Positions 22,163 through 34,556 are shown, counted from the first letter of the stretch. The stretch is 37,192 bases of DNA from Octopus bimaculoides (GCF_001194135.2 NC_068981.1:138880920-138918111); one strand, 5' to 3'. Program-made: numbers and translations. Notes: generated by a model not told the origin, from the letters alone.

Positions 22163-22628
22163 NNNNNNNNNNNNNNNNNNNNNNNNNNNNNNNNNNNNNN
22201 NNNNNNNNNNNNNNNNNNNNNNNNNNNNNNNNNNNNNNNNNNNNNNNNNNNNNNNNNNNNNNNNNNNNNNNNNNNNNNNNNNNNNNNNNNNNNNNNNNNN
22301 NNNNNNNNNNNNNNNNNNNNNNNNNNNNNNNNNNNNNNNNNNNNNNNNNNNNNNNNNNNNNNNNNNNNNNNNNNNNNNNNNNNNNNNNNNNNNNNNNNNN
22401 NNNNNNNNNNNNNNNNNNNNNNNNNNNNNNNNNNNNNNNNNNNNNNNNNNNNNNNNNNNNNNNNNNNNNNNNNNNNNNNNNNNNNNNNNNNNNNNNNNNN
22501 NNNNNNNNNNNNNNNNNNNNNNNNNNNNNNNNNNNNNNNNNNNNNNNNNNNNNNNNNNNNNNNNNNNNNNNNNNNNNNNNNNNNNNNNNNNNNNNNNNNN
22601 NNNNNNNNNNNNTATATATATATATATA

Positions 22629-22851
22629 TTCTTTTATTCTTTTACTTGTTTCAGTCTTTTGACTGCGGCCGTGCTGGAGCATCACCTTGAAGAGTTTTAG
22701 TCGAAGGGATCGACGCCAGGACTTATTCTTTGTAAGTGTAGTACTTTTTCATCGGTCTCTTTTGCCGAACCGCTAAGTTACAGGGACATAAACACACCAA
22801 CATCAGTTGTCAAGCGGTGATAGGGAGACAAACACACAAACACACACAAAT

Positions 22852-22882
<31 letters not shown>

Positions 22883-23028
22883 CATATATGATAGGCTTCT
22901 TTCAGTTTCTGTCTACCAAATCCACTCACAAGGCTTTGGTCAGCCCGAGTAATAGAAGACACTTACCCAACGTGCTATGCAGAGGGACTGAACCCAGAAC
23001 CATATGATTAGGAAGCAAGCTTCTTACC

Positions 23029-23030
<2 letters not shown>
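22629..23030 (-). mobile_element. tRNA-derived SINE family A, near full length
   Basis: Same head, central (CA)n and 3' end as 10241-10775. Confidence 0.9.
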
Positions 23031-23074
<44 letters not shown>

Positions 23075-23218
23075 NNNNNNNNNNNNNNNNNNNNNNNNNN
23101 NNNNNNNNNNNNNNNNNNNNNNNNNNNNNNNNNNNNNNNNNNNNNNNNNNNNNNNNNNNNNNNNNNNNNNNNNNNNNNNNNNNNNNNNNNNNNNNNNNNN
23201 NNNNNNNNNNNNNNNNNN

Positions 23219-23297
<79 letters not shown>

Positions 23298-23298
23298 T
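23219..23298. repeat. (AGAT)n microsatellite
   Basis: Directly visible. Confidence 0.95.
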
Positions 23299-23347
23299 AT
23301 CAAATAACGAAGGTGGCTAGATGCAATATAAAGCCAAAAAGAAAACT

Positions 23348-23440
23348 TCAGCTGTCACTAATAGTGTCTGAGGGTGCAGGGTAACACCTACATTGCTAGA
23401 AACAAGAGTCATTGACCCTTATAGCCACAAGAAGCACATT
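23348..23440. mobile_element. Single-arm relative of the 9666-9848 palindromic element
   Basis: CATTGCTAGAAACAAGAGTCATTGACCCTTATAGCCACAAGAAGCAC vs TATTGCTAGAAATAAGAGTTATTACAACTCATAGCCACAAGAAGTAC. Confidence 0.65.
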
Positions 23441-23624
23441 GTCCATGGACTGACAGGGGAGATAACCGCTCCACAGCGTGTGCGGTTATTATACTAGCGA
23501 ACCAGTTTCGCTTGGAATTAAAGCTCTCCAGTAGTGATACTCCATCGCTGATGGTTATACTAGATCCTACTTGTCAGTATACAATATTTATCAAATGAAT
23601 CAATGGATGATTCAGCAAAATGGA

Positions 23625-23657
<33 letters not shown>

Positions 23658-23761
23658 GGTATGTATGTATGTATGTATGTATGTATGTAGGTAGGTAGGT
23701 ATGTATGTACGTATGTATATGTACACATGTACGAACGTATGCATACACACACACACACACA
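23625..23761. repeat. (TATG)n/(CA)n microsatellite
   Basis: Directly visible. Confidence 0.9.
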
Positions 23762-23899
23762 TAAGTGCGAGCAGTATTTGAGGATACTTGATTATCAGTA
23801 TCTTATTTTCTTCGAACCTATTAAAACGTTTATATATATATTTTTTTTTCATTTCCCCTAAGGCTTGTAGAATGCTAACAAGAAATAAAAATATTTGCA

Positions 23900-24575
23900 G
23901 TCATTTTTGCAATATGTACGGAACACGCCTATTTAGAAATTGGTAACTTTCTAAATGTTGCATGATCCTTTGTACGCAAAGTTCGGATGGAATTGGAAGC
24001 CTCTGGCGAGAATGTTTCAACTGTAGCAAGAAGAGATACATTCAAAACGTTCGGACGCTATAAGGATACTGCAATTCATCCAACGTGTTCAAAATGTTAT
24101 TAGTGATGATCCCAGAAAACCAATGAGGGTATTTGAATGGAGTACCAGAGCTGTGGCAATTGAATGGGGTATCAGAACTGTAGTACAGAAGGTCATTTGA
24201 TACAAGTGGTATGTACTGAGGAGATACCAATTCATGTCTACAAAAATACAGGAAAACCATTTGATCCGTGCCAGGCAGTCCCATGGATTACTACATTTCA
24301 AGCATTGTTGAAAGAGAACTAATCGAAATCTTCACAATAACATAGTTTCACTGAAGGGTTCCATTCTCAAGGTAATTCCCGAAGTGAATAAGGACAATTT
24401 AGTGCAGGGATATCAACGATTCCGATCCGTGTTGAAGGAGTCATCGGAGTTGAAGACTGGTTCATAAAAATCGAGAACATGTGCATAATTTTCTCTTAAT
24501 ATATATTTGGTCTTTGCTAAATTAGAATTGTTTTATTAAATTAGGAAAATGTCCTCACGTACCTCACCCAACCTG
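23900..24575 (+). mobile_element. Internally deleted maT/DD37D-like (Tc1/mariner superfamily) transposon
   Basis: N-terminal EIGNFLNVA*SFVRKVR...VISDDPRKPMR...YKWYVLRRYQFMS is joined directly to C-terminal PMDYYISSIVERE, so the catalytic core is deleted. The 3' end CTCACCCAACCTG is followed by TA. The subfamily assignment is inference. Confidence 0.7.
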
Positions 24576-25570
24576 TACATGAACGTAAATGGGTATATAT
24601 TCACACACATATACAAACATACACACACACACATACATGTGTATATACATTCATATGTATATATTCACATATACATATTGGAAGGTTTGGAGGTGATGTA
24701 CAGGAATTATATATTAGAAAAAATAATAATCAGGTACTCAGATATCTGGATGGTTGTATATTTACAGATTTTTATTCATATGTCACATGTTTTGTAAATT
24801 AGCGCTTTCACCTAGTCTTGTAGGGTTTTCAAATTTTTCACACACACACACACACACACACACNNNNNNNNNNNNNNNNNNNNNNNNNNNNNNNNNNNNN
24901 NNNNNNNNNNNNNNNNNNNNNNNNNNNNNNNNNNNNNNNNNNNNNNNNNNNNNNNNNNNNNNNNNNNNNNNNNNNNNNNNNNNNNNNNNNNNNNNNNNNN
25001 NNNNNNNNNNNNNNNNNNNNNNNNNNNNNNNNNNNNNNNNNNNNNNNNNNNNNNNNNNNNNNNNNNNNNNNNNNNNNNNNNNNNNNNNNNNNNNNNNNNN
25101 NNNNNNNNNNNNNNNNNNNNNNNNNNNNNNNNNNNNNNNNNNNNNNNNNNNNNNNNNNNNNNNNNNNNNNNNNNNNNNNNNNNNNNNNNNNNNNNNNNNN
25201 NNNNNNNNNNNNNNNNNNNNNNNNNNNNNNNNNNNNNNNNNNNNNNNNNNNNNNNNNNNNNNNNNNNNNNNNNNNNNNNNNNNNNNNNNNNNNNNNNNNN
25301 NNNNNNNNNNNNNNNNNNNNNNNNNNNNNNNNNNNNNNNNNNNNNNNNNNNNNNNNNNNNNNNNNNNNNNNNNNNNNNNNNNNNNNNNNNNNNNNNNNNN
25401 NNNNNNNNNNNNNNNNNNNNNNNNNNNNNNNNNNNNNNNNNNNNNNNNNNNNNNNNNNNNNNNNNNNNNNNNNNNNNNNNNNNNNNNNNNNNNNNNNNNN
25501 NNNNNNNNNNNNNNNNNNNNNNNNNNNNNNNNNNNNNNNNNNNNNNNNNNNNNNNNNNNNNNNNNNNNNN

Positions 25571-25637
<67 letters not shown>

Positions 25638-25851
25638 ATATATGTATGTATATATGTACATATCAATATACACATATATATACACATATATGTATATGCA
25701 CATATATGCATGTATATATATATATATATGTATGTGTATAACTATATTCATGTCTATACATGCATACATACATACATACGTATGCACATACATACATACA
25801 TACATACATACATACATACATACATACATACATGCATACATACATACATAT
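25571..25851. repeat. (TA)n/(TATG)n/(CATA)n microsatellite
   Basis: Directly visible. Confidence 0.93.
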
Positions 25852-26690
25852 AATGAGCAAATTATCTCTATTTTATTGGTTACATGGTACAAAAGGATTA
25901 ATGTGTTCCTGCCAAAACCGAGGCAAAGGTAAATAAATGCAAGGTCCCGATGCTACGAACGTAAGTGACATTCAGATTTATGCGTTCTGAAGCTACATTT
26001 ACGTAAGTGTAATAAAAAGAAACTAAAGAAATATTGTTATAAAAATAATCAATTACGTTCATATTTAAATACTCATGCATTCGGTAAAACAATAGATGTA
26101 TAGTTCCTTTTTATTGCGTTTAAGTGAATGTCGCTTTATGCATAGATTAAAATGTCGCTTATGTTTGTTGCATCGAGACCTTCCATATATTTACTTTCTG
26201 TCTGAAATTTAGAGTAAAATAATCCACCCTCACTAGAAGTACCATCTGCCGTGTTAATTATCTTAAAATCTACATGCTCTCATTATGCGTCTATGTTTTA
26301 GTATGTGTTAGCATATTTTAGTGTATTGGGTTTTTGTCACTATGTTTTATTATATTTGTATGGCAGGCCTCTGTGTGCCTGAGATCATTTCTACTCGTAA
26401 TCTTTACCTTTTCCTATAAATAGAGCCACCTGCTATACTTGACAGCAAGTAATGGTTAAAACGTTTTCTCTATGTCCTCTGTTATTCAATCAGACCGTTA
26501 ACATTTACCACTTTTATTGATGTTACTATAATATAACCTTCACTTAACAAACAATAATTAAGATATTTTAACCTATCTCCATATTTCACTCGAATACGAA
26601 ACACATAATACACGGCTATGCATACATGTATATATATATATAAATGTATGCATTGTCTACATGTGAGTTTACGCATGTTTCTATCTGTAC

Positions 26691-26703
26691 ATTTCTCTCT
26701 CTC

Positions 26704-26794
<91 letters not shown>

Positions 26795-26812
26795 TTCTCT
26801 TTCTCTTTCCCT
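26691..26812. repeat. (CT)n microsatellite
   Basis: Directly visible. Confidence 0.95.
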
Positions 26813-26821
26813 TTTCTTCTC

Positions 26822-27250
26822 TGAAGCTTGCTTCCCAGCCTCCTGGTTCCCAGTGAGTGGCACCTTGAGCAAGTATCTTCTACTATAACCTCGGGTCGAC
26901 CAAAGCTTTGTGAGTGGATTTGGTAATCGGAAACTGAAAGAAGCCGCCGTATACATATGTGCAGGGGTTGGACGTAATAATGGAAACACCTTAAAATTTC
27001 AAACAAATTTTCAAACCCCTGTATGTGTGTGTGGGAGGTGTCCTTGTGTTTGTCCCCCACCATCGCTTGACAACCGATGGTGGTGTGTTTAAGTTCCGTA
27101 ACTTAGCAATTCGGCAAAAGTGACCGATATAAGTACCAGTACTTGGAAAAAAGAGTACTGGGGTCGATTCATTCGCCTAAAATTCTTCAAGGCGGTGGCC
27201 CAGCATGGCCAGTCTAATGACTGAAACAGATAAAAGATAAAGGATAAAAG
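26822..27250 (+). mobile_element. tRNA-derived SINE family A, with a nested 60-bp insertion
   Basis: Head, GGATTTGGTAATCGGAAACTGAAAGAAGCC, CCATCGCTTGACAACCGATG and ATAAAAG tail. Confidence 0.88.
26962..27021. mobile_element. 60-bp Tc1-like TIR remnant (mini-MITE)
   Basis: CAGGGGTTGGAC...TTCAAACCCCTG ends; right flank TA, left flank TG. Confidence 0.6.
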
Positions 27251-27442
27251 ATATATAATATACACATATACATTATATAATATATGCATATATACATGCA
27301 TACATACATGCATACATACATACATACATACATACATACATACAAACATACATATGTGTGTGTGTGTCTGTGTGTGTGTTCGCGCGCACACGTGTGTGTA
27401 GTATATAATATTTGCACTTTATAAACAATATGTGTATATAGA

Positions 27443-27880
27443 TGATGGTTGTTCACTCGTGACCAATGGAGAACATCACTGATCACTGAGAATGTTGTGC
27501 ACTCAGACAGGATTATTCTTTACACTTGTGTCCTCGATGGTTAATGAACCCAGCTCTTGATAGACATACACATCCGCTGATACTGCAAACAAAATTGCCC
27601 CATTCACCACACTGGCATTGCGTTTTTGAGGTCTGCTGAATCCACTGTAGGTTCAACCACTATCTAACAATAGCACGGGTACTCAGGCTGGTGTCCGAAG
27701 TGCTCAAAGACAACTGGGTGTGAGGCTTCCCTCTGCTTTTTTTAAAGCATGTCTCTCGAAGGTCAGTCTGACATAAAACTGGACCTGCAGGAAATAGCAT
27801 TGGAAATTTTTGGAGTCATATTGGCAGCAGATATTTTGCCCCGGCTTGTCACTGGATCATGTCAGTAGGGTAGTGAGGGT
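27443..27880 (-). mobile_element. RTE-like LINE 3' fragment
   Basis: Minus strand FVCSISGCVCLSRAGFINHRGH (degenerate RTE C-terminal zinc finger) followed by the terminus ACGAGTGAACAACCATCATC, similar to the 3' end at 36785-36802. Confidence 0.6.
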
Positions 27881-27899
27881 CTGTGTGTGTCGTGCAAGC

Positions 27900-28985
27900 C
27901 TTATTGGATCTAACATTTCGTATAAGTGGTTATATATCTTAGATGTACTTAAAAATTTTCTACCACAGACATGGACGATGTGTTAGCTATAAAGCTATAA
28001 TTTTCTACTCTATACATGGACGACGTGTTAGCTATAAGTAAAGGCATTAATGCCCGCAATTTAAACAAATTAAAAAAGGACATTATTCATATTTTAGCAA
28101 TTTTTGCCCCAAATAACTACCGTCACTAGCCTAACTACTTTTGGCTTTTTTAGATTTAAGAACCAACCAGCATAAATCTATCGAGAATCCAGACGAAAAC
28201 TTTCATACAATACAACATGCCATATTCCGCTGCCTTTAAAAATCTCACCTATCGCAGTAGCTGAAATATCCCCAGTCTTTCTTCGAATAAGAAGATATTT
28301 GAAGAAGTAACCCCTACGTGAATAATGACTGTCTAGTTAACGAGTACAAAATAAGAACTTATGTACACAACTCCCTCTCTATATCTACAAGGGAAAAAGA
28401 TACACCCTATGTCATATGGTTCACACACTCCTTTACACTCGATATAAACATGAAATCGCAAGAGACTTATTATGTTTAATAGAAAAATACTTCCCCTCTA
28501 GCCATATATATATGGAAACCATTTTACCAGAAACAAGCTTAGAATTAGCCAGGGTTACAAATTATCTTACAATTGCATAATACTCCTCCCATGCACATCA
28601 GCAAAATCGAAGGCACTTGGTCACGCAGGAATTCTAATACATGCACACTAAAGGCAATCATCTATGAAGCAGGTGTTATCTCTTTAAAATTCAATATATG
28701 CATAGCAGACTGGAATTTTAGAGAAAGATTATATAATCATATATCCCGCTTTAAGTACAAAATTCACTTATTATCTCTGGGAACTAGAAGTGATAGCTTC
28801 GGATTGCAGTATAAAATAGAATATCCTGAGAAGAGTAGGAGTCCACCAAACTGAAAATAAATGGTGTTACCTTTGTACAACAGAGGAGAAAAAAATCCAC
28901 AAAACTTCTATAATCAATACCTTTATTTAAATCAGAGAAAAGTCATAAAATACAGATACTGCAAAAAGCACCTAGTACATAACTG
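27900..28985 (+). mobile_element. Penelope-like element, C-terminal half (RT catalytic motif, thumb, GIY-YIG), decayed
   Basis: LYILDVLKNF; LYMDDVLAISKG (YMDD 28013-28024); FLDL; VIWFTHSF..; CTLKAIIYEAGV...NFRERLYNHISRFKY; NKWCYLCTTEEKKI. Confidence 0.88.
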
Positions 28986-29040
28986 AGTAATGCCACTTTC
29001 ATCCGACTAGAACCATATGTATATATATATATATATATAT

Positions 29041-29790
29041 ATATCTTTGTTTTCTTTGTCTATAATGTTCCTAAACCAGTGTAGTATTTCAAAAGAATTA
29101 GACCATATATCTAGTCTAATCATATTCCGAAGGCTGGGTATGTGCCTGTCAATAATCAGTTTACTTAATCTTTCTAAGTTCGACTTGGACCTGCATATAA
29201 GCCTGACCGTGAGTTTATTGTAAAGTTGACTTTATAGTCCTTTAAAGTAATCCGTGGGATCCTAGGTTCGTATTGATCCGCTGTCATTTATACCAAGTTC
29301 GCACATAATCCGCTTTGTTCTCTTAGTAATATTAAGTAATGTATTCTCCATTGTAATCCTATAGTCATTTAAAATCGCCTTTCTAATTAAATTGTTATAA
29401 CCCTTGTAAACCATGTCGTATACATTTCCTGTTTTATCCGAGTGCACTAGTATTCTAGGTTTGCTGTTAATCTCTTTGCATGTTTGGTGTAATTTCCTTA
29501 GTGAGTGTTTTTGGGAAATTATATTCCTAATTATGTTCCATATCTCTACCTCAAACTTAGCCAGACGTGGGCTGAAAGATGAGTTTCCTCTGCGTCAAAA
29601 TTCATTCTTCCAGTCTGCTTTGTTTCATTGCTCCTATCACTCCGGTTTTCATTTTCAAAGTGGTATGCCTTCCACCCAATTTTTCTTAAAAACGCATTGG
29701 GGTTTTTTTTATCATGGATTTAAGAAGCTCTTTTTTGGGTGGCAGATAGATGTCGTGAGAGATACGTCAATATATGTAGAATTTCCGTTA
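29041..29790 (-). mobile_element. Penelope-like element, N-terminal/RT-proximal half, decayed
   Basis: NAFLRKIGWKAY; FEVEIWNIIRNI; ILVHSDKTGNVY; VRLICRSKSNLERLSKLIIDR; IWSNSFEILHWFRNIIDKENK. Confidence 0.85.
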
Positions 29791-30657
29791 TTAGAGTATT
29801 TTGTCCTATGCTTGCAATAAGTAAGTATGTGAAATGTTAAAACAGAGCTAATAGTGATAAACAATCCGGGCAAAATACTTCATAAGTTCACTGTTGGCAC
29901 ACCAGGCTAACAATATTATTAAAATTAGTGAAGATCTCCTGGTGTTCTTATGGCAGGGTCCAAGGTAATGGTTCATCACAATTCTATATTGTAAATCCGT
30001 GGATGGGCTCCAAACTAATTTTCACACTGTGATATATAAAAAAAAAGTAAGTTAAAAATAATGGTCATTGCATATTTTTAACTTGCTTTATATACATACA
30101 TACATACATACATGTGTGTGTGTGTGTGTGTGTGTGTNNNNNNNNNNNNNNNNNNNNNNNNNNNNNNNNNNNNNNNNNNNNNNNNNNNNNNNNNNNNNNN
30201 NNNNNNNNNNNNNNNNNNNNNNNNNNNNNNNNNNNNNNNNNNNNNNNNNNNNNNNNNNNNNNNNNNNNNNNNNNNNNNNNNNNNNNNNNNNNNNNNNNNN
30301 NNNNNNNNNNNNNNNNNNNNNNNNNNNNNNNNNNNNNNNNNNNNNNNNNNNNNNNNNNNNNNNNNNNNNNNNNNNNNNNNNNNNNNNNNNNNNNNNNNNN
30401 NNNNNNNNNNNNNNNNNNNNNNNNNNNNNNNNNNNNNNNNNNNNNNNNNNNNNNNNNNNNNNNNNNNNNNNNNNNNNNNNNNNNNNNNNNNNNNNNNNNN
30501 NNNNNNNNNNNNNNNNNNNNNNNNNNNNNNNNNNNNNNNNNNNNNNNNNNNNNNNNNNNNNNNNNNNNNNNNNNNNNNNNNNNNNNNNNNNNNNNNNNNN
30601 NNNNNNNNNNNNNNNNNNNNNNNNNNNNNNNNNNNNNNNNNNNNNNNNNNNNNNNNN

Positions 30658-30688
<31 letters not shown>

Positions 30689-31170
30689 TATATACATACA
30701 TACATACACACATACACACACACATATATATGCATATATTTAGATGTGTGTGCATGTGTACGTGTGTGTGTGTGTGCGTGTGTGCACGCCATTTGATATT
30801 TTTTAACACCTACTGCCCAAAGCGAGTTCTTCTCAACAACACACAGTAATGAGTATTACCTTTCTACGGGTCAGATATATCCTAAACATATTTGAACTGG
30901 TTTAAATGTTTGTTTACTCGTAGCACTGCTTTCATTTGCCTACTACAATATTAAAACATGTGCATATGTATATTTGTCTGTCTGTCTCTCTGTATGTATT
31001 ACGTATGTGCATCTTTATATATATATATATATATATATAATACAGAATGGGACAAGAACACAAAACATCCAGACAGTTAGGTGATACAAGAAAGGGACAA
31101 AACATCCAGATAGACGGTACAAAGAAAACACGGACATATGTATATGTATATACATATACACACACACATA

Positions 31171-31292
31171 TTCTTATTCTTTTACTTGTTTCAGTCGAAC
31201 AAATCGACTCGAGGGCTTATTTTTTGTAAGCCTAGGACTTATTCTATCGGCCCCTTTTGCCAAACCACTAAGTTACGGGGACATAAACACAT
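31171..31292 (-). mobile_element. tRNA-derived SINE family A, 3' fragment
   Basis: TTTACTTGTTTCAGTC...CTAAGTTACGGGGACATAAACAC. Confidence 0.8.
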
Positions 31293-31297
31293 GAACA

Positions 31298-31328
<31 letters not shown>

Positions 31329-31570
31329 TACATACATACACAGACACACACACAGACACACACANNNNNNNNNNNNNNNNNNNNNNNNNNNNNNNNNNNN
31401 NNNNNNNNNNNNNNNNNNNNNNNNNNNNNNNNNNNNNNNNNNNNNNNNNNNNNNNNNNNNNNNNNNNNNNNNNNNNNNNNNNNNNNNNNNNNNNNNNNNN
31501 NNNNNNNNNNNNNNNNNNNNNNNNNNNNNNNNNNNNNNNNNNNNNNNNNNNNNNNNNNNNNNNNNNNNNN

Positions 31571-31915
31571 CGTTTCCCTAAAAGAAATGGAAAAACTTTC
31601 AAAATACAAAGACCTGGAAATAGAGGTACCTCGAATGTGGAATCTAAAAACACAAACAATTCCTATCATAGTAGGTGCCTTAGGTATAATAAAAAAAATA
31701 TTCAGACAAATACATAACAAAAACACCAGGACTTACAAATATATATAACATACAGAAAATCGCACTACTGGGCACTGCACACATCCTACGCAAAACACTT
31801 TCAATACAGTAACCATAAGAGCATCACAGCAAACCACAGCACATACCCAAGGCACACAGAGCTGCGCTCGGTAGTGAAGTGAAAGCACGTTATAAAAATA
31901 AAACTACTGAACAAT
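31571..31915 (+). mobile_element. R4/Dong-clade non-LTR retrotransposon 3' end (RLE C-terminus, 3' UTR, (AAT)n)
   Basis: EMEKLSKYKDLEIEVPRMWNLKTQTIPIIVGALG...QKIALLGTAHILRKTLSIQ*. Confidence 0.9.
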
Positions 31916-31947
31916 AATAATAATTATTATTATAATAAATATAATAT

Positions 31948-32449
31948 TTGGGGGCTAGAGAGAGGCAAGACGTGGTATGAGCACAAACCACAGAGAGTGG
32001 CGGAGTCGGAGACTAGCAAAATCCTCTGGGATTTCCCAATCCAAACCGATCAGGTGTTAGAGCATAACAGACCAGATTTAGTGGTGGTGGTGGACAGGGT
32101 GGACAGGGTGCAACACGTATGCTATACAGTTGATGTTGCATGGCTCTTTGACCCACGAACAGTCAAGAAGGAAGGCGAAAAAAATAGATAAGAAGAAGGT
32201 GAAGATAGTGGCAATTTTTGTTGGGTCCTTGAGAACAGTATCAGAAAGCATCGAGAGGAATATAAAGGAAATTGGAATAGTGTCCAGTTGAACTGTTACA
32301 AAAGGTTTGCTTCCTTGGCACTGCCAGAATAATTAGAAAATTATTAGATAGCTGAAAAGAACGAATAGCATGGTACCGTAGGCTACAGGTAGCAAGCCCG
32401 CTATGCATGTAAAACTCCAGGAGCTCCAACAAAACCTTTGATAAAGAGA

Positions 32450-32491
<42 letters not shown>

Positions 32492-32495
32492 TATT
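31948..32495 (+). mobile_element. R4/Dong-clade element of a second, older family: restriction-like endonuclease domain, 3' UTR, (AAT)n
   Basis: WYEHKPQRVAESETSKILWDFPIQTDQVLEHNRPDLVVV...VDVA...KKEGEK...QKVCFLGTARIIRKLL. Confidence 0.88.
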
Positions 32496-32496
32496 A

Positions 32497-32699
32497 TCCT
32501 TTCTACTAAAAGCACAAGGCCCGGAAGACGGGACTAGTCGACTACATCGACCCCAATATTTCACTGGTACTTAATTTATCGACCCCGAAAGGATGAAAGG
32601 CAAAGTCGACCTCGGCGGAATTTGAACTCAGAATATAAGGCCGGACGAAATGCCGCTAAGCATTTTACCTGGCGTGCTAACGATTCAGCCAGCTCACCA
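32497..32699 (-). mobile_element. tRNA-derived SINE family B
   Basis: Reverse complement of the family B head and core (ATCGACCCCGAAAGGATGAAAGGCAAAGTCGACCTCGGCGGAATTTGAACTC). Confidence 0.9.
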
Positions 32700-32711
32700 T
32701 CTTTCTATCAG

Positions 32712-33088
32712 TAATAAGTATGGAAACTTGTACATCCACTATTCTTGTTTCACAGTTATACACAGCATATTACAATGACCTACACGTGTTTCCACTACAG
32801 CAACTGCACATTGTTGCCGATGCAACCTTGCAATATTATCAGATGCCACCTTGCAATATTGTCAGGTAGCAACACCCCTACTTTCTACGGAAAATAAACT
32901 TTCTTCAACCGGTTCACTTCGAAGAAAACCAAATGGACGGTCTCTTATGAAACAGCGCTGACAATATTGCAAGGTGACATCGGCAACAATGTGCAATCAC
33001 TGCAGTGAAAACACGTGTAGGTCATTGTAATTTGCTGTGTATAACTGTGAAATAAAAATAGTGGATGTACAAGTCTCCATACTTATTA
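32712..33088. mobile_element. MITE with about 131-bp TIRs
   Basis: 32712-32842 and 32958-33088 are inverted copies; a 23-bp tandem duplication lies at the inner end of the left arm (32820-32865). Confidence 0.85.
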
Positions 33089-33109
33089 TCATTATTATTA
33101 ATATTATTA

Positions 33110-33476
33110 TTATTGTTCAGTAGTTTTATTTTTATAACGTGCTTTCACTTCACTACCGAGCGCAGCTCTGTGCGCCTTGGGTACGTGCTGTGGTTTGCTG
33201 TGGTGCTCTTATGTTTACTGTATTGAAAGTGTTTTGCGTAGAATGTGTGCAGTACCCAGTAGTGCAATTTTCTGTATGTTATATATATTTGTAAGTCCTG
33301 GTGTTTTTGTTATGTATTTGTCTGAATATTTTTTTATTATACCTAAGACACCTACTATGATAGGAATTGTTTCTGTTTTTAGATTCCACATTCGAGGTAC
33401 CTCTATTTCCAGGTCTTTGTATTTTGAAATTTTTTCCATTTCTTTTAGGGAAACGTTGTCATCTGCTGTTATTGAT
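33110..33476 (-). mobile_element. R4/Dong-clade 3' end, inverted near-identical copy of 31571-31915
   Basis: Open frame SITADDNVSLKEMEKISKYKDLE...RKTLSIQ* (ORF 33215-33439); (TTA)n at 33085-33115 and again beyond the gap at 34142-34168. Confidence 0.9.
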
Positions 33477-34265
33477 NNNNNNNNNNNNNNNNNNNNNNNN
33501 NNNNNNNNNNNNNNNNNNNNNNNNNNNNNNNNNNNNNNNNNNNNNNNNNNNNNNNNNNNNNNNNNNNNNNNNNNNNNNNNNNNNNNNNNNNNNNNNNNNN
33601 NNNNNNNNNNNNNNNNNNNNNNNNNNNNNNNNNNNNNNNNNNNNNNNNNNNNNNNNNNNNNNNNNNNNNNNNNNNNNNNNNNNNNNNNNNNNNNNNNNNN
33701 NNNNNNNNNNNNNNNNNNNNNNNNNNNNNNNNNNNNNNNNNNNNNNNNNNNNNNNNNNNNNNNNNNNNNNNNNNNNNNNNNNNNNNNNNNNNNNNNNNNN
33801 NNNNNNNNNNNNNNNNNNNNNNNNNNNNNNNNNNNNNNNNNNNNNNNNNNNNNNNNNNNNNNNNNNNNNNNNNNNNNNNNNNNNNNNNNNNNNNNNNNNN
33901 NNNNNNNNNNNNNNNNNNNNNNNNNNNNNNNNNNNNNNNNNNNNNNNNNNNNNNNNNNNNNNNNNNNNNNNNNNNNNNNNNNNNNNNNNNNNNNNNNNNN
34001 NNNNNNNNNNNNNNNNNNNNNNNNNNNNNNNNNNNNNNNNNNNNNNNNNNNNNNNNNNNNNNNNNNNNNNNNNNNNNNNNNNNNNNNNNNNNNNNNNNNN
34101 NNNNNNNNNNNNNNNNNNNNNNNNNNNNNNNNNNNNNNNNNTTATTATTGTTATTATTATTATTATTATATATTTTACACACACACACACACACACTCAC
34201 ACATACACATATCTATATATAGGTTTGGTAATACACCAGGAAAATGAGAATCAAATGATGTGTAT

Positions 34266-34519
34266 ATTCTTTTGTTCTTTTACTTGTTTCAGTCATCAAA
34301 CTGCGCCCATATTAGGGCACAGCTTTGAAGAATTTTAGTCGAATGAATCGGCCCCAGTAGCTTATTTTAATTTTTTTCAGCCTGTAGTTATTCTATCCGT
34401 ATCTTTTGCCGAACCGCTAAGTTACGGGGACGTAAACACACCCACACCATTGCCAAGCGGTAAAGGGAACAAACACACACACACGTACATGCATACATAC
34501 ATACATACATACATATATA

Positions 34520-34556
<37 letters not shown>

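Noticed and set aside
25886-25935. Possible micro-exon LMCSCQNRGK followed by GTAAAT (EGF-like)
   Set aside because: Poor acceptor, very short, and no supporting neighbouring exons
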